Part shown: positions 45,748-55,257 of the stretch, piece after piece
Position numbering within the stretch: the first letter of the stretch is position 1
Layout of the letters: each line of letters starts with the position of its first letter
IMG/VR virus record: IMGVR_UViG_3300017783_005492
DNA: 64,000 nucleotides
Direction: 5' to 3' (one strand)
Source of the DNA: an uncultured virus (IMG/VR IMGVR_UViG_3300017783_005492)
Lineage: Duplodnaviria > Heunggongvirae > Uroviricota > Caudoviricetes
The notes under the pieces: model-generated
Told to the model about the DNA's origin: nothing
Databases searched by the model: none
Seen by the model: only the letters and a program-made list of their open reading frames with translations
Made by a program: the position numbers and the translations under genes

Positions 45748-45783
45748 AATACAGTTAATATTTCAGCAAATACGAGGTAACAT

Positions 45784-46671
45784 ATGTCTTTTGACAATCT
45801 AAAACGCAACCGCGACCAAATTTCCAAACTAATCCAAGCAGCAGAAAGCGCAGGTGGATCTTCCGAAAAGAAGAGCTATGTGGATGAACGCCAATGGAAG
45901 CCTACAGTAGATAAGAGTGGTAATGGCTATGCCGTTATTCGTTTTCTACCTGCAGCCGAAGGTACTGAACTTCCTTGGGTAAGATATTGGGATCATGGTT
46001 TCAAAGGCCCAACTGGTCTGTGGTATATCGAACGATCTTTAACTTCCATCGGTGAGAATGATCCTGTTGGCGAATTGAATAGTCGCCTATGGAATTCTGG
46101 ACATGATGCAGATAAAGAAAAAGCTCGTGACCAAAAGCGCAGACTTCACTATGTATCAAACATTTACGTAGTATCCGATCCTTCGAACCCTCACAATGAG
46201 GGTAAAGTATTTCTTTATCAGTTTGGTAAAAAAATCTTTGACAAAATCATGGATGTTATGCAACCAGATTTTGCAGACGAAGAACCAGTTAACCCATATG
46301 ATATGTGGGAAGGTGCTGACTTCAAACTTAAAATTCGTAATGTAGAAGGTTATCGTAACTATGATAAATCTGAGTTTTCATCTACTAGCCAACTGGCTGA
46401 AGATGATAAGCTTGAAGCGATTTATAATCAAATGCACGATCTAAGTGACTTCACTGATCCTAAGAATTACAAGTCTTATGGTGATTTGAAAGCTAAGCTA
46501 ATGCGTGTTCTTGGAGAAGAAGCAGATCAAGGTGCAGCTACCATGAAGCAGGAAATTCAAATGAATGATCCGGCTCCTATGGCAGAACCAGTAACTGCCG
46601 AACAAATGAGTGCGTCGACCGGAGATGACGATACGTTGTCATACTTCGCTAAGCTCGCTAATGAGGAATAG
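45784..46671 (+). CDS. gp32: single-stranded DNA binding protein gp32
   Basis: D.R.WKP..DK.GNG.AVIRFLP, GKKIFDKI, GA.FKLK, NYDKSEF, acidic tail. Confidence 0.95.
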   Translation: MSFDNLKRNRDQISKLIQAAESAGGSSEKKSYVDERQWKPTVDKSGNGYAVIRFLPAAEGTELPWVRYWDHGFKGPTGLWYIERSLTSIGENDPVGELNSRLWNSGHDADKEKARDQKRRLHYVSNIYVVSDPSNPHNEGKVFLYQFGKKIFDKIMDVMQPDFADEEPVNPYDMWEGADFKLKIRNVEGYRNYDKSEFSSTSQLAEDDKLEAIYNQMHDLSDFTDPKNYKSYGDLKAKLMRVLGEEADQGAATMKQEIQMNDPAPMAEPVTAEQMSASTGDDDTLSYFAKLANEE

Positions 46672-46676
46672 GTATA

Positions 46677-46770
46677 CCAACCCCACGTGGGCCTAGTCGC
46701 TGAATTAGATTCGGACAAAAGTTGGCAACAACAAAGGAGAACGGCATTCCGGCTTAGGCTAGAATGTTCG
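46677..46770 (+). ncRNA. candidate structured RNA downstream of gp32
   Basis: CCAAC/GTTGG closing stem with inner CCCACGTGGG and GTC..GAC hairpins; second hairpin CATTC/GAATG. Confidence 0.45.
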
Positions 46771-46776
46771 GGGATC

Positions 46777-46802
46777 AGGGAGCTTCGGCTCCCTTTTCTT
46801 TT
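46777..46802 (+). terminator. Rho-independent terminator with UUCG tetraloop
   Basis: AGGGAGC-TTCG-GCTCCCT-TTTCTTTT between convergent genes. Confidence 0.9.
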
Positions 46803-48630
46803 ATCTTGTTAATTTTTTCCTAGCATCTTGAACAGCACTAGCATTAGGTGCAATCATTGTAGTATTACTACCGCCACCTGAATAATAATTGTTTGTGATA
46901 TTATTAATAATAGGAGGTGCTGCAGTAGCTTGAGCGTCGTTTGAATATGCTGTAGCATTTGCAGTCTGCTCTGCTTTTAATGCAGCTTGAATTAATTTAA
47001 TATTTGTTGCAGCTTTTTCGAAGTCAATATCAGGAGAAGCAAGGCCTTTGATTTTTGTTCCTGAAGAAACCCAACCTTCACCAACAGTACCACCCATTAA
47101 AGCTGTTTCAATTGCAGGTACTGACTTAAGCATATCCTCTGCAAAAGCATTAAGACTCATATAATCGCCATCTAGCTTTAGGCTAGATATTCTTTCTAAT
47201 CCGTCAGCTAACTGATCTAATGCCATGCCAGCTAGAAATAATTCTTCTTGTTTTTCACCGAGCTTCAAAAGCTGATCCATTGGTCCTTGTGATCCTCCAC
47301 CAAAGAATCCCATAATATTATCTTTTAGTGAAGACCATGAAGCATCTGCTTGACTTTTTGCAAAGCCAGATAATGCATCTCCCATATAACCCATTGCATC
47401 TCTAAAGCTTGCTGCAGCAGCCTTTGGGTTTTCTCCAAGAGCATCTTGAATACTTAATAGTTTTAGAACACTGTCTTTAACCTTTTGACTGTTGTCTCCA
47501 GTAAAGAAACCAATAACAGCAGAAAACGCTTGGCCAGCAGAGAATGCTACAAGACCAAGTCCTAATCCAGTCATTGCTAATAGGAAACCAGCAGACTCTC
47601 CTATAAAGCTACCACCCTTGGCTTCAATTTCAGTACCAATAGAAAGTAGAGTGAATACACTTTGTTTTATACTTTCAGCAAATCCTTGGCCTGTCATAGC
47701 TGCAACACCATCATCCAAACCAGTAGCCAAAGCAGCTAGTGCAGATCCACCTCCAAAGACAGCTAGGCCTAAAGCAATACCAGTCATTGCTAATAAGAAC
47801 TTAGCACTTTCTCCTACAAAGCTGGCTCCATCTTTAGCAATAGCAGGACCAATAGACAATAAAGTTAAAACATTATTTTTAATGCTTGTTGCAAAATCGC
47901 CGTTGAATTTATCTAACAATTTGTCGGACATGCCTGCAATAGCAGAGCCAACACCGAATACAGCAAGACCTAAACCTAAGCCTGTCATTGCTAATAGGAA
48001 CTTAGCACTTCCACCAATAAAGGAACCACCGCCAGCTTCAACCTCAGGACCAATAGACAATAGTTGTATAACATTGTTTTTAATGCTATCAACATCCATA
48101 CCTATAAACTTATCAGATGCACCAGCAACAGCACTACCTACACCAAAGACCATGAGGCCAGCACCAAGGCCTGCCATAATCAAGAAAAACTTGCCACCCT
48201 TTTCAAAAGCATCACCCATGCCATCGGCAAGATCGCCAATAGTAAATAACTTCTTAACATTACCTATGATAGAATCAACATCAAGTGTCATAAACGCCAT
48301 GATACCAGCTACGATTGCTGCAAGACCTGCAGCAGCTGCAATCATCATGCCACCACCTAAAAGTTTTCCTAATAGTCCACCGGATTTTTCTTTGACAGTT
48401 CCACCCATTTCAGCACCAGCACCTGCAAGTCCTGCACCACTAACACTTTCTTTAGTGTTTTCACGCATAGCTTCAAGCTGATCAAGTTTAGCTTGTTTTT
48501 CCACGTCCATCATTTTCTCAAAGGTTGTTCTTAATTGAACTATCTCTTGAGTACCAGCTGTATGATGTTCATTCGCTGTTACGAGTTCTTCTCGTATTTT
48601 TTGGAATACGCCTGCGTTTGGATTTGGCAT
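46801..48630 (-). CDS. tape-measure-like / baseplate hub tail-length protein (gp29-like)
   Basis: Long Gly/Ala-rich helical protein with four hydrophobic repeats; lies downstream of gp26. Confidence 0.6.
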   Translation of the reverse strand: MPNPNAGVFQKIREELVTANEHHTAGTQEIVQLRTTFEKMMDVEKQAKLDQLEAMRENTKESVSGAGLAGAGAEMGGTVKEKSGGLLGKLLGGGMMIAAAAGLAAIVAGIMAFMTLDVDSIIGNVKKLFTIGDLADGMGDAFEKGGKFFLIMAGLGAGLMVFGVGSAVAGASDKFIGMDVDSIKNNVIQLLSIGPEVEAGGGSFIGGSAKFLLAMTGLGLGLAVFGVGSAIAGMSDKLLDKFNGDFATSIKNNVLTLLSIGPAIAKDGASFVGESAKFLLAMTGIALGLAVFGGGSALAALATGLDDGVAAMTGQGFAESIKQSVFTLLSIGTEIEAKGGSFIGESAGFLLAMTGLGLGLVAFSAGQAFSAVIGFFTGDNSQKVKDSVLKLLSIQDALGENPKAAAASFRDAMGYMGDALSGFAKSQADASWSSLKDNIMGFFGGGSQGPMDQLLKLGEKQEELFLAGMALDQLADGLERISSLKLDGDYMSLNAFAEDMLKSVPAIETALMGGTVGEGWVSSGTKIKGLASPDIDFEKAATNIKLIQAALKAEQTANATAYSNDAQATAAPPIINNITNNYYSGGGSNTTMIAPNASAVQDARKKLTR

Positions 48631-48828
48631 TTATCTGCCCCTCATTTTAGCCTGCTCATATCGAGCCTTTTCTTCCTTAAGATGTTCTTGTAGCATAGTA
48701 ACGTATAACTCCCTTTCCCACGGTATCATTGATTCCAGATCTCCAAGACTATAGTTATGATGCTGCATCAGATGAAAATTCGTTTTATAATGATTTACTA
48801 ACGAATCATGAGAAAGGGCTATTAGAAA
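48631..48828 (-). CDS. gp51-like short ORF, probably reached by -1 frameshift from gp26
   Basis: Open -1 frame FLIALSHDSLVNHYKTNFHLMQHHNYSL...MIPWERELY; stop abuts the tape-measure ATG. Confidence 0.65.
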   Translation of the reverse strand, partial: FLIALSHDSLVNHYKTNFHLMQHHNYSLGDLESMIPWERELYVTMLQEHLKEEKARYEQAKMRGR

Positions 48829-49535
48829 AAATTTGCTATGCCGCTTATCTCTTGATTGTTTTCAATACCACAATGTTCACACTTAAACTCAACATTTGTT
48901 TTAAGTTGTGGAATAGCCTCAACAAACTTTCTTACATTACTGAACTGCTCACTATTTAATGATTCAAGAAATTCTTGCAGTTCTTCTTCTGTTTCGTCTT
49001 GAGCAGGATGAAATTCATCATCTGTCATGACACCATCAATACACCTTGTTAGAATCTTAAATATAGTATCAACTTCATTCATTTTTTCAGGATCAATACC
49101 TGCACCTAATAGATCGTGGAATGAAGGGTATTTCATTTTAACAGAAATATTATCAGTTAACTTTACTACTTCATCTACCGTATTATCTTTTTTAACTTCA
49201 ATAGTGTCCAGTTGAATTTTTACTGGAGTCGTCTCTTTACAACTAGAGCATGGTAGTGCAACAGTGCTTGTTTCACCTACGCTTTTAGATCTAAGTTGTA
49301 AGAACATGTACTCAACATCATAAGCTGCTAATTTTTTTTCGTCAACTTCTCCGCTGATACATGATTTTAATGTTTCTAAGATTGCGTTAAGAGTACCAGC
49401 TTGATCACCGGTCTCCATAGCCATCATAAGAATTTTTTCTTCTTTAACCAAAAATGGTCTGAATCCAACTTCCTTACCAGTGGAAGGTATTGTCATCGTA
49501 TATTTCGGTGCCGAATTAATTTTTGGCAGTGCCAT
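48822..49535 (-). CDS. gp26: baseplate hub assembly protein gp26
   Basis: MALPKI..P.Y...IPSTG....RPFLVKEEK.L, D.EY.FL.LRSKSVGE, CxxC pairs. Confidence 0.85.
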   Translation of the reverse strand: MALPKINSAPKYTMTIPSTGKEVGFRPFLVKEEKILMMAMETGDQAGTLNAILETLKSCISGEVDEKKLAAYDVEYMFLQLRSKSVGETSTVALPCSSCKETTPVKIQLDTIEVKKDNTVDEVVKLTDNISVKMKYPSFHDLLGAGIDPEKMNEVDTIFKILTRCIDGVMTDDEFHPAQDETEEELQEFLESLNSEQFSNVRKFVEAIPQLKTNVEFKCEHCGIENNQEISGIANFF

Positions 49536-49548
49536 AATTTACTCCAAT

Positions 49549-50160
49549 TTATCGTATGAGATTAGCCAAGAATCCAAGTGGACCACCTGACCGAGATTTC
49601 CAATTTGAGTATGATAGTTGCACACTCAGTTCGCTTTGCCCACCTTGATCGTTCGTAAATTCTTGAGCGTTCATGGAGGTTGGGAATGCGTCTTCTAAAA
49701 CGCACGTATAAGATATTTGATCTGGTGTTATGATATCACCACTAATATTAATTGGTCCAAAGCTAAAGCTAAAGCCAAGATCTAATATCGCATCTTTTCT
49801 TAGTTGTTGTATAACTACATCAAAACAATATTCTTTTTTGTATGATGTTTCTTGATTCTCTTGATTAATAGCCATTGCTGCCCAGTTATCAAAATAGTTT
49901 TTTACTCCGTAATCATTTAATAGATGAAACGATAATGATACGTCATCAACAGCATATCCATAAGCAACCTTTTGCATTTTCATGCCATACTGACGATCGG
50001 CCGTTAGTATTTGTCTCCCGGGCATGTTTGCGGTTTTGCATAGTAGATTAAGTTGTCTTCCACTTGACCCTGGAAGAGAGGGTAGTAATACACGCCAAAC
50101 ATTGCTCATTGCAATGCCTTGGCGAAGTTCTGACTTAAATGTATCTACTGAGTACGCCAT
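49549..50160 (-). CDS. tail tube-like protein (gp19/gp54 family)
   Basis: LC....MPG, F..W, I.QL, L.DAFP, V..SY..W. Confidence 0.7.
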   Translation of the reverse strand: MAYSVDTFKSELRQGIAMSNVWRVLLPSLPGSSGRQLNLLCKTANMPGRQILTADRQYGMKMQKVAYGYAVDDVSLSFHLLNDYGVKNYFDNWAAMAINQENQETSYKKEYCFDVVIQQLRKDAILDLGFSFSFGPINISGDIITPDQISYTCVLEDAFPTSMNAQEFTNDQGGQSELSVQLSYSNWKSRSGGPLGFLANLIR

Positions 50161-50745
50161 TTAGTACTTCCTTTTAGAATCTTTATAAACCGTGCCTGAA
50201 CTTGCACCTGACCAATCAGCCATAGGAAGGAATGTAGCAATCTCCCATTCATACGCTGGAACATGAGCAAATCGTGATTGTACATTTGATAACAGGTAGT
50301 GCTTTATAGCAGGCCGGAAGTATTTGTATTTAGCTGCACCTTGAAGCATATTATATGATAGTCTAAATCTTGTTGCTTCATCAAATCTTTTGTTATTAGT
50401 ATTATCCAATAGTGCATCTAAAAACTTAGCACGGTGAATAGGAGAAAGATAATGCAAATTTAATCCTAGGAATCCTCCCTTTGCTTTATCAATCATAATC
50501 ACTAAAGGGAACTTATCGTAATAAGGAAGAGTTGCTTTATACTTTGCATCGTAAAAAAACATAAACATTTGGCCAGGCCTATATGTACTCTTTAGATCAA
50601 TAGGTTCTTCCTTCATTAAAGCACGTCTATTAACTCTTCTAATGCGATGTGCTCTTTGACGAAACCACGTCATTGATTCTCGTGTACGAGGTGTAATACC
50701 TTTACGAAAAGCTTCTAACTCTAATGTTTGAAATAAGTTACTCAT
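50161..50745 (-). CDS. gp2: DNA end protector gp2
   Basis: YDAK.K.TLPYYD.FPL, GF.GLNLHYL, K.YL...V.S. Confidence 0.85.
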   Translation of the reverse strand: MSNLFQTLELEAFRKGITPRTRESMTWFRQRAHRIRRVNRRALMKEEPIDLKSTYRPGQMFMFFYDAKYKATLPYYDKFPLVIMIDKAKGGFLGLNLHYLSPIHRAKFLDALLDNTNNKRFDEATRFRLSYNMLQGAAKYKYFRPAIKHYLLSNVQSRFAHVPAYEWEIATFLPMADWSGASSGTVYKDSKRKY

Positions 50746-50750
50746 AACAC

Positions 50751-50758
50751 TATTTATA
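50751..50758 (-). promoter_or_regulatory. T4-type late promoter for gp2
   Basis: TATAAATA on the minus strand just upstream of the gp2 ATG. Confidence 0.7.
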
Positions 50759-51236
50759 ACTTTTTAAGAGGCTTTATGCGTTTCTTGCCAAGAGTCTTTT
50801 TTCTCATAATACCCATTTCATGTAACGTGTCTTCAGTCCATATTTGAAATTGCCAGTTCCTATCTTTTGCATAATTATCTGCAGCTTCCCACTTATTCAT
50901 ATTTTTTACATACGCCATTGCCTCGCTAATAAACCTTTTAGTTTTTCGCGATCCTTGCTTAGGAGGCTCGGTTTGCCCCTTAGGTTTTATTTCAACCAGA
51001 ATTATTTTGCCATCTTTATACTTAATTTTGAGGTCAACAAAATACCTGTGATATTTTTTATCAACGTCATAATAGTAAGGAACAACGGTTTCTTCGGATT
51101 GCCAATATAAGATGCTGGGATTATGGTCGCACCAGTTAAATACTGCTTTCTCCCATAGCGATCTATATACCACATTGCTGTGATCTCCTTTATACTTGGA
51201 TTTGTTTTTGATAGTGTATTTTCCGGTATAAGCCAT
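50754..51236 (-). CDS. gp4: head completion nuclease gp4
   Basis: MAY.GKY...N..KYKGD, YRS.WE, W.SEE, HRYF.D, EIKP, N..KW.AA. Confidence 0.9.
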   Translation of the reverse strand: MAYTGKYTIKNKSKYKGDHSNVVYRSLWEKAVFNWCDHNPSILYWQSEETVVPYYYDVDKKYHRYFVDLKIKYKDGKIILVEIKPKGQTEPPKQGSRKTKRFISEAMAYVKNMNKWEAADNYAKDRNWQFQIWTEDTLHEMGIMRKKTLGKKRIKPLKKL

Positions 51237-51243
51237 ATAAATA
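51236..51243 (+). promoter_or_regulatory. T4-type late promoter for the baseplate operon
   Basis: TATAAATA about 40 nt upstream of gp48. Confidence 0.75.
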
Positions 51244-51282
51244 ACAAAAGATAGTTTCGACTTATTATTTATTGGAAAATTT

Positions 51283-52332
51283 ATGGCAGATCTCAATCTT
51301 TCGAATATTGGTGATAGAATTGCTGGAAACGTTCAAGACTTTGTTAATGACAAAGCAGGTGGATTAACCGCTGGTATTGAACAGTTTCTAGGTACTGGCC
51401 TCATAGCCAACAAATCAAATCTTTATTTCGATAATAAACAAAAATTAGTATTTCCTCTTGACAACCAAGATGATTATAAAGCAAAAATTAGATTCACTGT
51501 TGTTAGAGTCGATCCACCAGCGATTGAGGCTGACATTGAAGATGCAACCAAAAAGGCTACTCAGGCTCTTGATCAAACAGTTGGCAATGATAGACCGGGT
51601 GGAGCTACAGACGTAGGTGTAGCTGAAGATAAATCTATTACACAAAAAACTGTTGGCACTACAGCAGAACTTTATCTTCCAGCTGCATTGAATATTAGTG
51701 ACGGTGTTGATTTTGAAAATATAGATCTTGGTAGAGCAGGCGCCGCTGGAGTAGCAGCGCTTCAAGCCGGGTCAGGTGTTACTGAGGCTGTAGGTAAAGC
51801 GGCAATGGAAGGTTTATCTGGATTCAAAGATTTATTTACAGGTTCTCTTAATTCTGATGTTGCTCGACTTGGCGCAATTGGCGCAGCTGGTGTAGGAAGC
51901 GATACTGCTAGTGGTGCAGCAAGATCTGCATTTCAAGTAACAACTAATCCAAATACTCGATCTTTATTTAAGTCTGTTCAACTTAGAAATTTTTCATTTA
52001 CTTTTAGTATGATTCCAACTTCAGTGCAAGAACAAGACGCAATGAAAAACATTATTAAATTTTTTAGACATGAACTTTATCCTGAAACTATTTCTGTAAA
52101 AGGAATTCCTATTGGATACAAATTTCCTAATCAGTTCGATATTCAAGTTCGATATAGAAGTAAAACAATTGCTACTAAATTTTTACCGTGTTATTTAACA
52201 AGCTTTGCTGCAACATACAATCCTTCAAACATGTCATTTATGAGAGATGGTGGATTCAACCAAATTGATATTACAATGTCATTTACTGAAGCAGAAACTC
52301 TTGATAAAGCAAAAATTGCAGAGGGATACTAA
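51283..52332 (+). CDS. gp48: baseplate tail-tube cap gp48
   Basis: LYLP, NP....LF....LR.F.F.F...P.S..E...II.FF, P..F.I, C.L......Y.P. Confidence 0.8.
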   Translation: MADLNLSNIGDRIAGNVQDFVNDKAGGLTAGIEQFLGTGLIANKSNLYFDNKQKLVFPLDNQDDYKAKIRFTVVRVDPPAIEADIEDATKKATQALDQTVGNDRPGGATDVGVAEDKSITQKTVGTTAELYLPAALNISDGVDFENIDLGRAGAAGVAALQAGSGVTEAVGKAAMEGLSGFKDLFTGSLNSDVARLGAIGAAGVGSDTASGAARSAFQVTTNPNTRSLFKSVQLRNFSFTFSMIPTSVQEQDAMKNIIKFFRHELYPETISVKGIPIGYKFPNQFDIQVRYRSKTIATKFLPCYLTSFAATYNPSNMSFMRDGGFNQIDITMSFTEAETLDKAKIAEGY

Positions 52333-53063
52333 TGGCTTACTTTTATAACTATCCTCTCATAAATTATCAATTTGGAAGCGAGACATATCCTGTTACGTTT
52401 CAAGATATTTCTGCGTACGTAGATATCATTGATAATATTAAAGATGACATATCATTTTATATCAAGTACACAATTTTAGAAGGTGATAGAGCAGACATCG
52501 TATCTAAAAAAATATATGGATCTCCTGACTTTTATTTTACCTTTTATATGATGAACGATAATATAAGAGAAAGAGGCTGGCCTCTTAGTTCTAGAGATTT
52601 AGAAGATAGGATATTATTGAATCATCCTAATTTTGTTGTAACGACTAAAGATAATATTTCAGATAAACTTTTAGTAGGAACACAGATTGCTGGAAATAGT
52701 TCAGGCGCGGTTGGTACTATTATCAAACGTAATTTAGACTTAGGTCAACTAATTATAAAGCTAAACGCTGGTAGTGTAAATTTTGTTAAAGACGAAGTTA
52801 TTACTCATGACACAGGAAGCGGATTAGAAACAGCTACTACATCTTCAGCAACTAAAGAATTTCTTTCTACACATCATTACGTAGATGGTGATTTGCGTTG
52901 GAGAGATGTTGATCCTTTTCAAGATCCTCCTGCAATTTATACGCCTGTTACAGTTGAGGATCATTATGGCGACCAAAATAATGAGCTAAAAGAAATAAGA
53001 ATTATTAAACCAGATTCAATGCAAACAGTTTATAGAGCGTTTCAAGAAGCCTTAGCATCATGA
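52332..53063 (+). CDS. gp53: baseplate wedge subunit gp53
   Basis: MAYF..YP.I.Y, Y.I.EGDRAD..S..IYG, WPL, HHY, N...K.I.IIKP. Confidence 0.85.
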   Translation: MAYFYNYPLINYQFGSETYPVTFQDISAYVDIIDNIKDDISFYIKYTILEGDRADIVSKKIYGSPDFYFTFYMMNDNIRERGWPLSSRDLEDRILLNHPNFVVTTKDNISDKLLVGTQIAGNSSGAVGTIIKRNLDLGQLIIKLNAGSVNFVKDEVITHDTGSGLETATTSSATKEFLSTHHYVDGDLRWRDVDPFQDPPAIYTPVTVEDHYGDQNNELKEIRIIKPDSMQTVYRAFQEALAS

Positions 53064-54439
53064 GTGAACTTAGATCAAACACTCCGTTTGATATTGATCT
53101 TAGGTCTGCACTAATATCAACTAATAGATTAGGTGATCAGACATTTGAAATAAGAAGATCAATAGTCGAATTAAATATTTATGAAAATATTGAAACCCTC
53201 GGCATTAGCGGAGATTTAATACTCGTTGATGATGCAGGATTATTTCAGGCTATTGACTGGCAAGGTTCAGAATATCTTGATCTTACTATCGGATTTATAG
53301 ATCCAGGTCTTCCTCCTATAAAAAGAAGATTTGTTGTTACGTCTTTGCAAGAAAGTGCTAAAGGTAATGATGCATCAGAAACTTTTAGTATGTCTATTGA
53401 AGATGAAATGTCTTATTTAGACAATCTTAAAAATGTTAATAAAGTTTATAATGGAACTCCTAAAGAAATTATAAGTAAAATATTAAAAGATAATTTTACT
53501 GGTAGAGATCTTATAGCACCTGGTGAAACTTATCAAAGAAGCATGAGAGTTATTATTCCAAACTGGAGGCCTCACAAAGCTATTCATTGGCTAGCTTCAA
53601 GATCAACGTGTAGATTTGGCACACCATACTTTGCGTTTTCTTGCTTCAAAGATACCAATGTTAGATTTTTTGATATGGCAGCTATGATTGGAAATAGCCC
53701 TCTTAATATATCTACAAAACCATATAGGTATTCAACATCATATTCTCAAGAAGCAAGTAACTATACAATCAATGATCAATCTTATATGATTTCAGGGTTT
53801 AGTCAAAAGGATAATGAAAACATATATGATATTATTGATAGAGGTGGTATTAGTGGAAGATTCGATTTTTTAGATACTCAAAACTTTTATAATAATAGAT
53901 TTGAGTATAAAGTAACTGACACCTTTGAAAAGCTAAAGAAAACTTCTGGGTTGTATGTAGGAAAGAAAACTCCTAACTTTGATAAAACATTTGAAATAGA
54001 TAATAAAAATTTACAAGACTTTTCTAGTGTTAGAATTACAAATGTATCTACGTCAAAAATTTATAATGATATTAGTGGATATCATGAATCATTAAATCCA
54101 GCTGGGCATTCAACAAAGGCTACTCATTTAGCACTAAAAGAATTTATGTCTAAATCTAAAATAGATATAGTAGTTGCTGGTAGAAATTTCTTATCACCTG
54201 GTTCTACTAAGTATCCTAACTTTACTATTGGTAATAGCATTAAAGTAGAATTTCAAGAATCAAAAGCTTTTGATGCAGGAACTAATGCAGCTAAGGTTAT
54301 GCCAGACGCTAAAAGAACTGGCACATATTTAATTCAAGCATGTCGTCATATGATTAGGCAAAACAAAGGTAAGTTTAGACACGACTGTGTATTAGAGCTT
54401 GTCAAAATAGCTAATGATGAAGGAACAACTGTAGTATGA
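53060..54439 (+). CDS. baseplate hub protein (gp27/GpD-like)
   Basis: Between gp53 and gp5; L.IYE, IIPNW.P..AI.WL, G.YLI...RH. Confidence 0.6.
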   Translation: MSELRSNTPFDIDLRSALISTNRLGDQTFEIRRSIVELNIYENIETLGISGDLILVDDAGLFQAIDWQGSEYLDLTIGFIDPGLPPIKRRFVVTSLQESAKGNDASETFSMSIEDEMSYLDNLKNVNKVYNGTPKEIISKILKDNFTGRDLIAPGETYQRSMRVIIPNWRPHKAIHWLASRSTCRFGTPYFAFSCFKDTNVRFFDMAAMIGNSPLNISTKPYRYSTSYSQEASNYTINDQSYMISGFSQKDNENIYDIIDRGGISGRFDFLDTQNFYNNRFEYKVTDTFEKLKKTSGLYVGKKTPNFDKTFEIDNKNLQDFSSVRITNVSTSKIYNDISGYHESLNPAGHSTKATHLALKEFMSKSKIDIVVAGRNFLSPGSTKYPNFTIGNSIKVEFQESKAFDAGTNAAKVMPDAKRTGTYLIQACRHMIRQNKGKFRHDCVLELVKIANDEGTTVV

Positions 54440-55257
54440 AAAATATTGAAAGTTTCTATTATGGCGATAATAATAGATGGTTTCTTGGTATTGCAATTAA
54501 TTCCAATGACCCTTTGCAACTTGGTCGCGTGCAAGTTAGAATTTATGGAATCCATCCAGACGCTATCACAAACCTTCCTTCTGAATCTTTGCCTTGGGCT
54601 CAATGTCTTCTTCCCACTACAGAAGGAGGAATTTCAGGAATTGGTAGGATGCCGCAAATAGTTGAAGGTGCAAAAGTTTTTGGAATATTCCTTGATGGTG
54701 AGTCATCTCAAATTCCTTTTATTATGGGAACCGTTCCTAACACTGAAGATCCAAATAAGCAGCAACTTCTTGCTTTAACAGGAAATGAAAATGCTCTTAC
54801 TCAATCAAGTGACGAAGGATCTTATATTGTAGGAAACTCTCCTGGAGAAAAGGCATACAACTTTTTCTTAGCATTTAATTTTTCAGCAGTGCAAGCAGCA
54901 GCAATAATAGGATGTCTTTCTGTGTTTTCAAGTAAAAAGCTAGATCCTGCCTCTAGTAGAAATTTAAGATTTGGTTTAGCTGGTTGGAATAGTGATGAGG
55001 TTGTTGGTAGTAGATACGAAAGGTTAAAGTTTTTTGCTGGCCAAAGAGCGTTAGACTTTAAGTTGTTTGATACACAATTACAATTCATTGTCTATGAATT
55101 GAGATCTCACAGTAACCTTGGCTTAGGTCAATTACTTAAAATGAATACTGTAGTTTCCGCTGTTAATATTTTTAGAGAAAAATATATGAAAGAAGATAGA
55201 GTTCAAGATGATCTTAGAATTAAAACTGCTGAAGGTATTATGGAGAGATTTGGATGA
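54436..55257 (+). CDS. gp5 N-terminal OB-fold fused to a phage tail lysozyme-like domain
   Basis: DPL.LGRV.VRI.G.H...LPWA, V.G.F.DG..Q.P...G; C-terminal QAA.I.G...FGLA.W...TQL.F..YEL. Confidence 0.75.
   Translation: MKNIESFYYGDNNRWFLGIAINSNDPLQLGRVQVRIYGIHPDAITNLPSESLPWAQCLLPTTEGGISGIGRMPQIVEGAKVFGIFLDGESSQIPFIMGTVPNTEDPNKQQLLALTGNENALTQSSDEGSYIVGNSPGEKAYNFFLAFNFSAVQAAAIIGCLSVFSSKKLDPASSRNLRFGLAGWNSDEVVGSRYERLKFFAGQRALDFKLFDTQLQFIVYELRSHSNLGLGQLLKMNTVVSAVNIFREKYMKEDRVQDDLRIKTAEGIMERFG

Noticed and set aside
47492..48481. 329-aa plus-strand ORF
   Set aside because: Antisense shadow of the Gly/Ala-rich tape-measure-like gene; no RBS or promoter
48729..48959. Plus-strand 76-aa ORF across the gp26 end
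   Set aside because: Antisense to gp26 and its -1 extension, which carry the recognisable motifs
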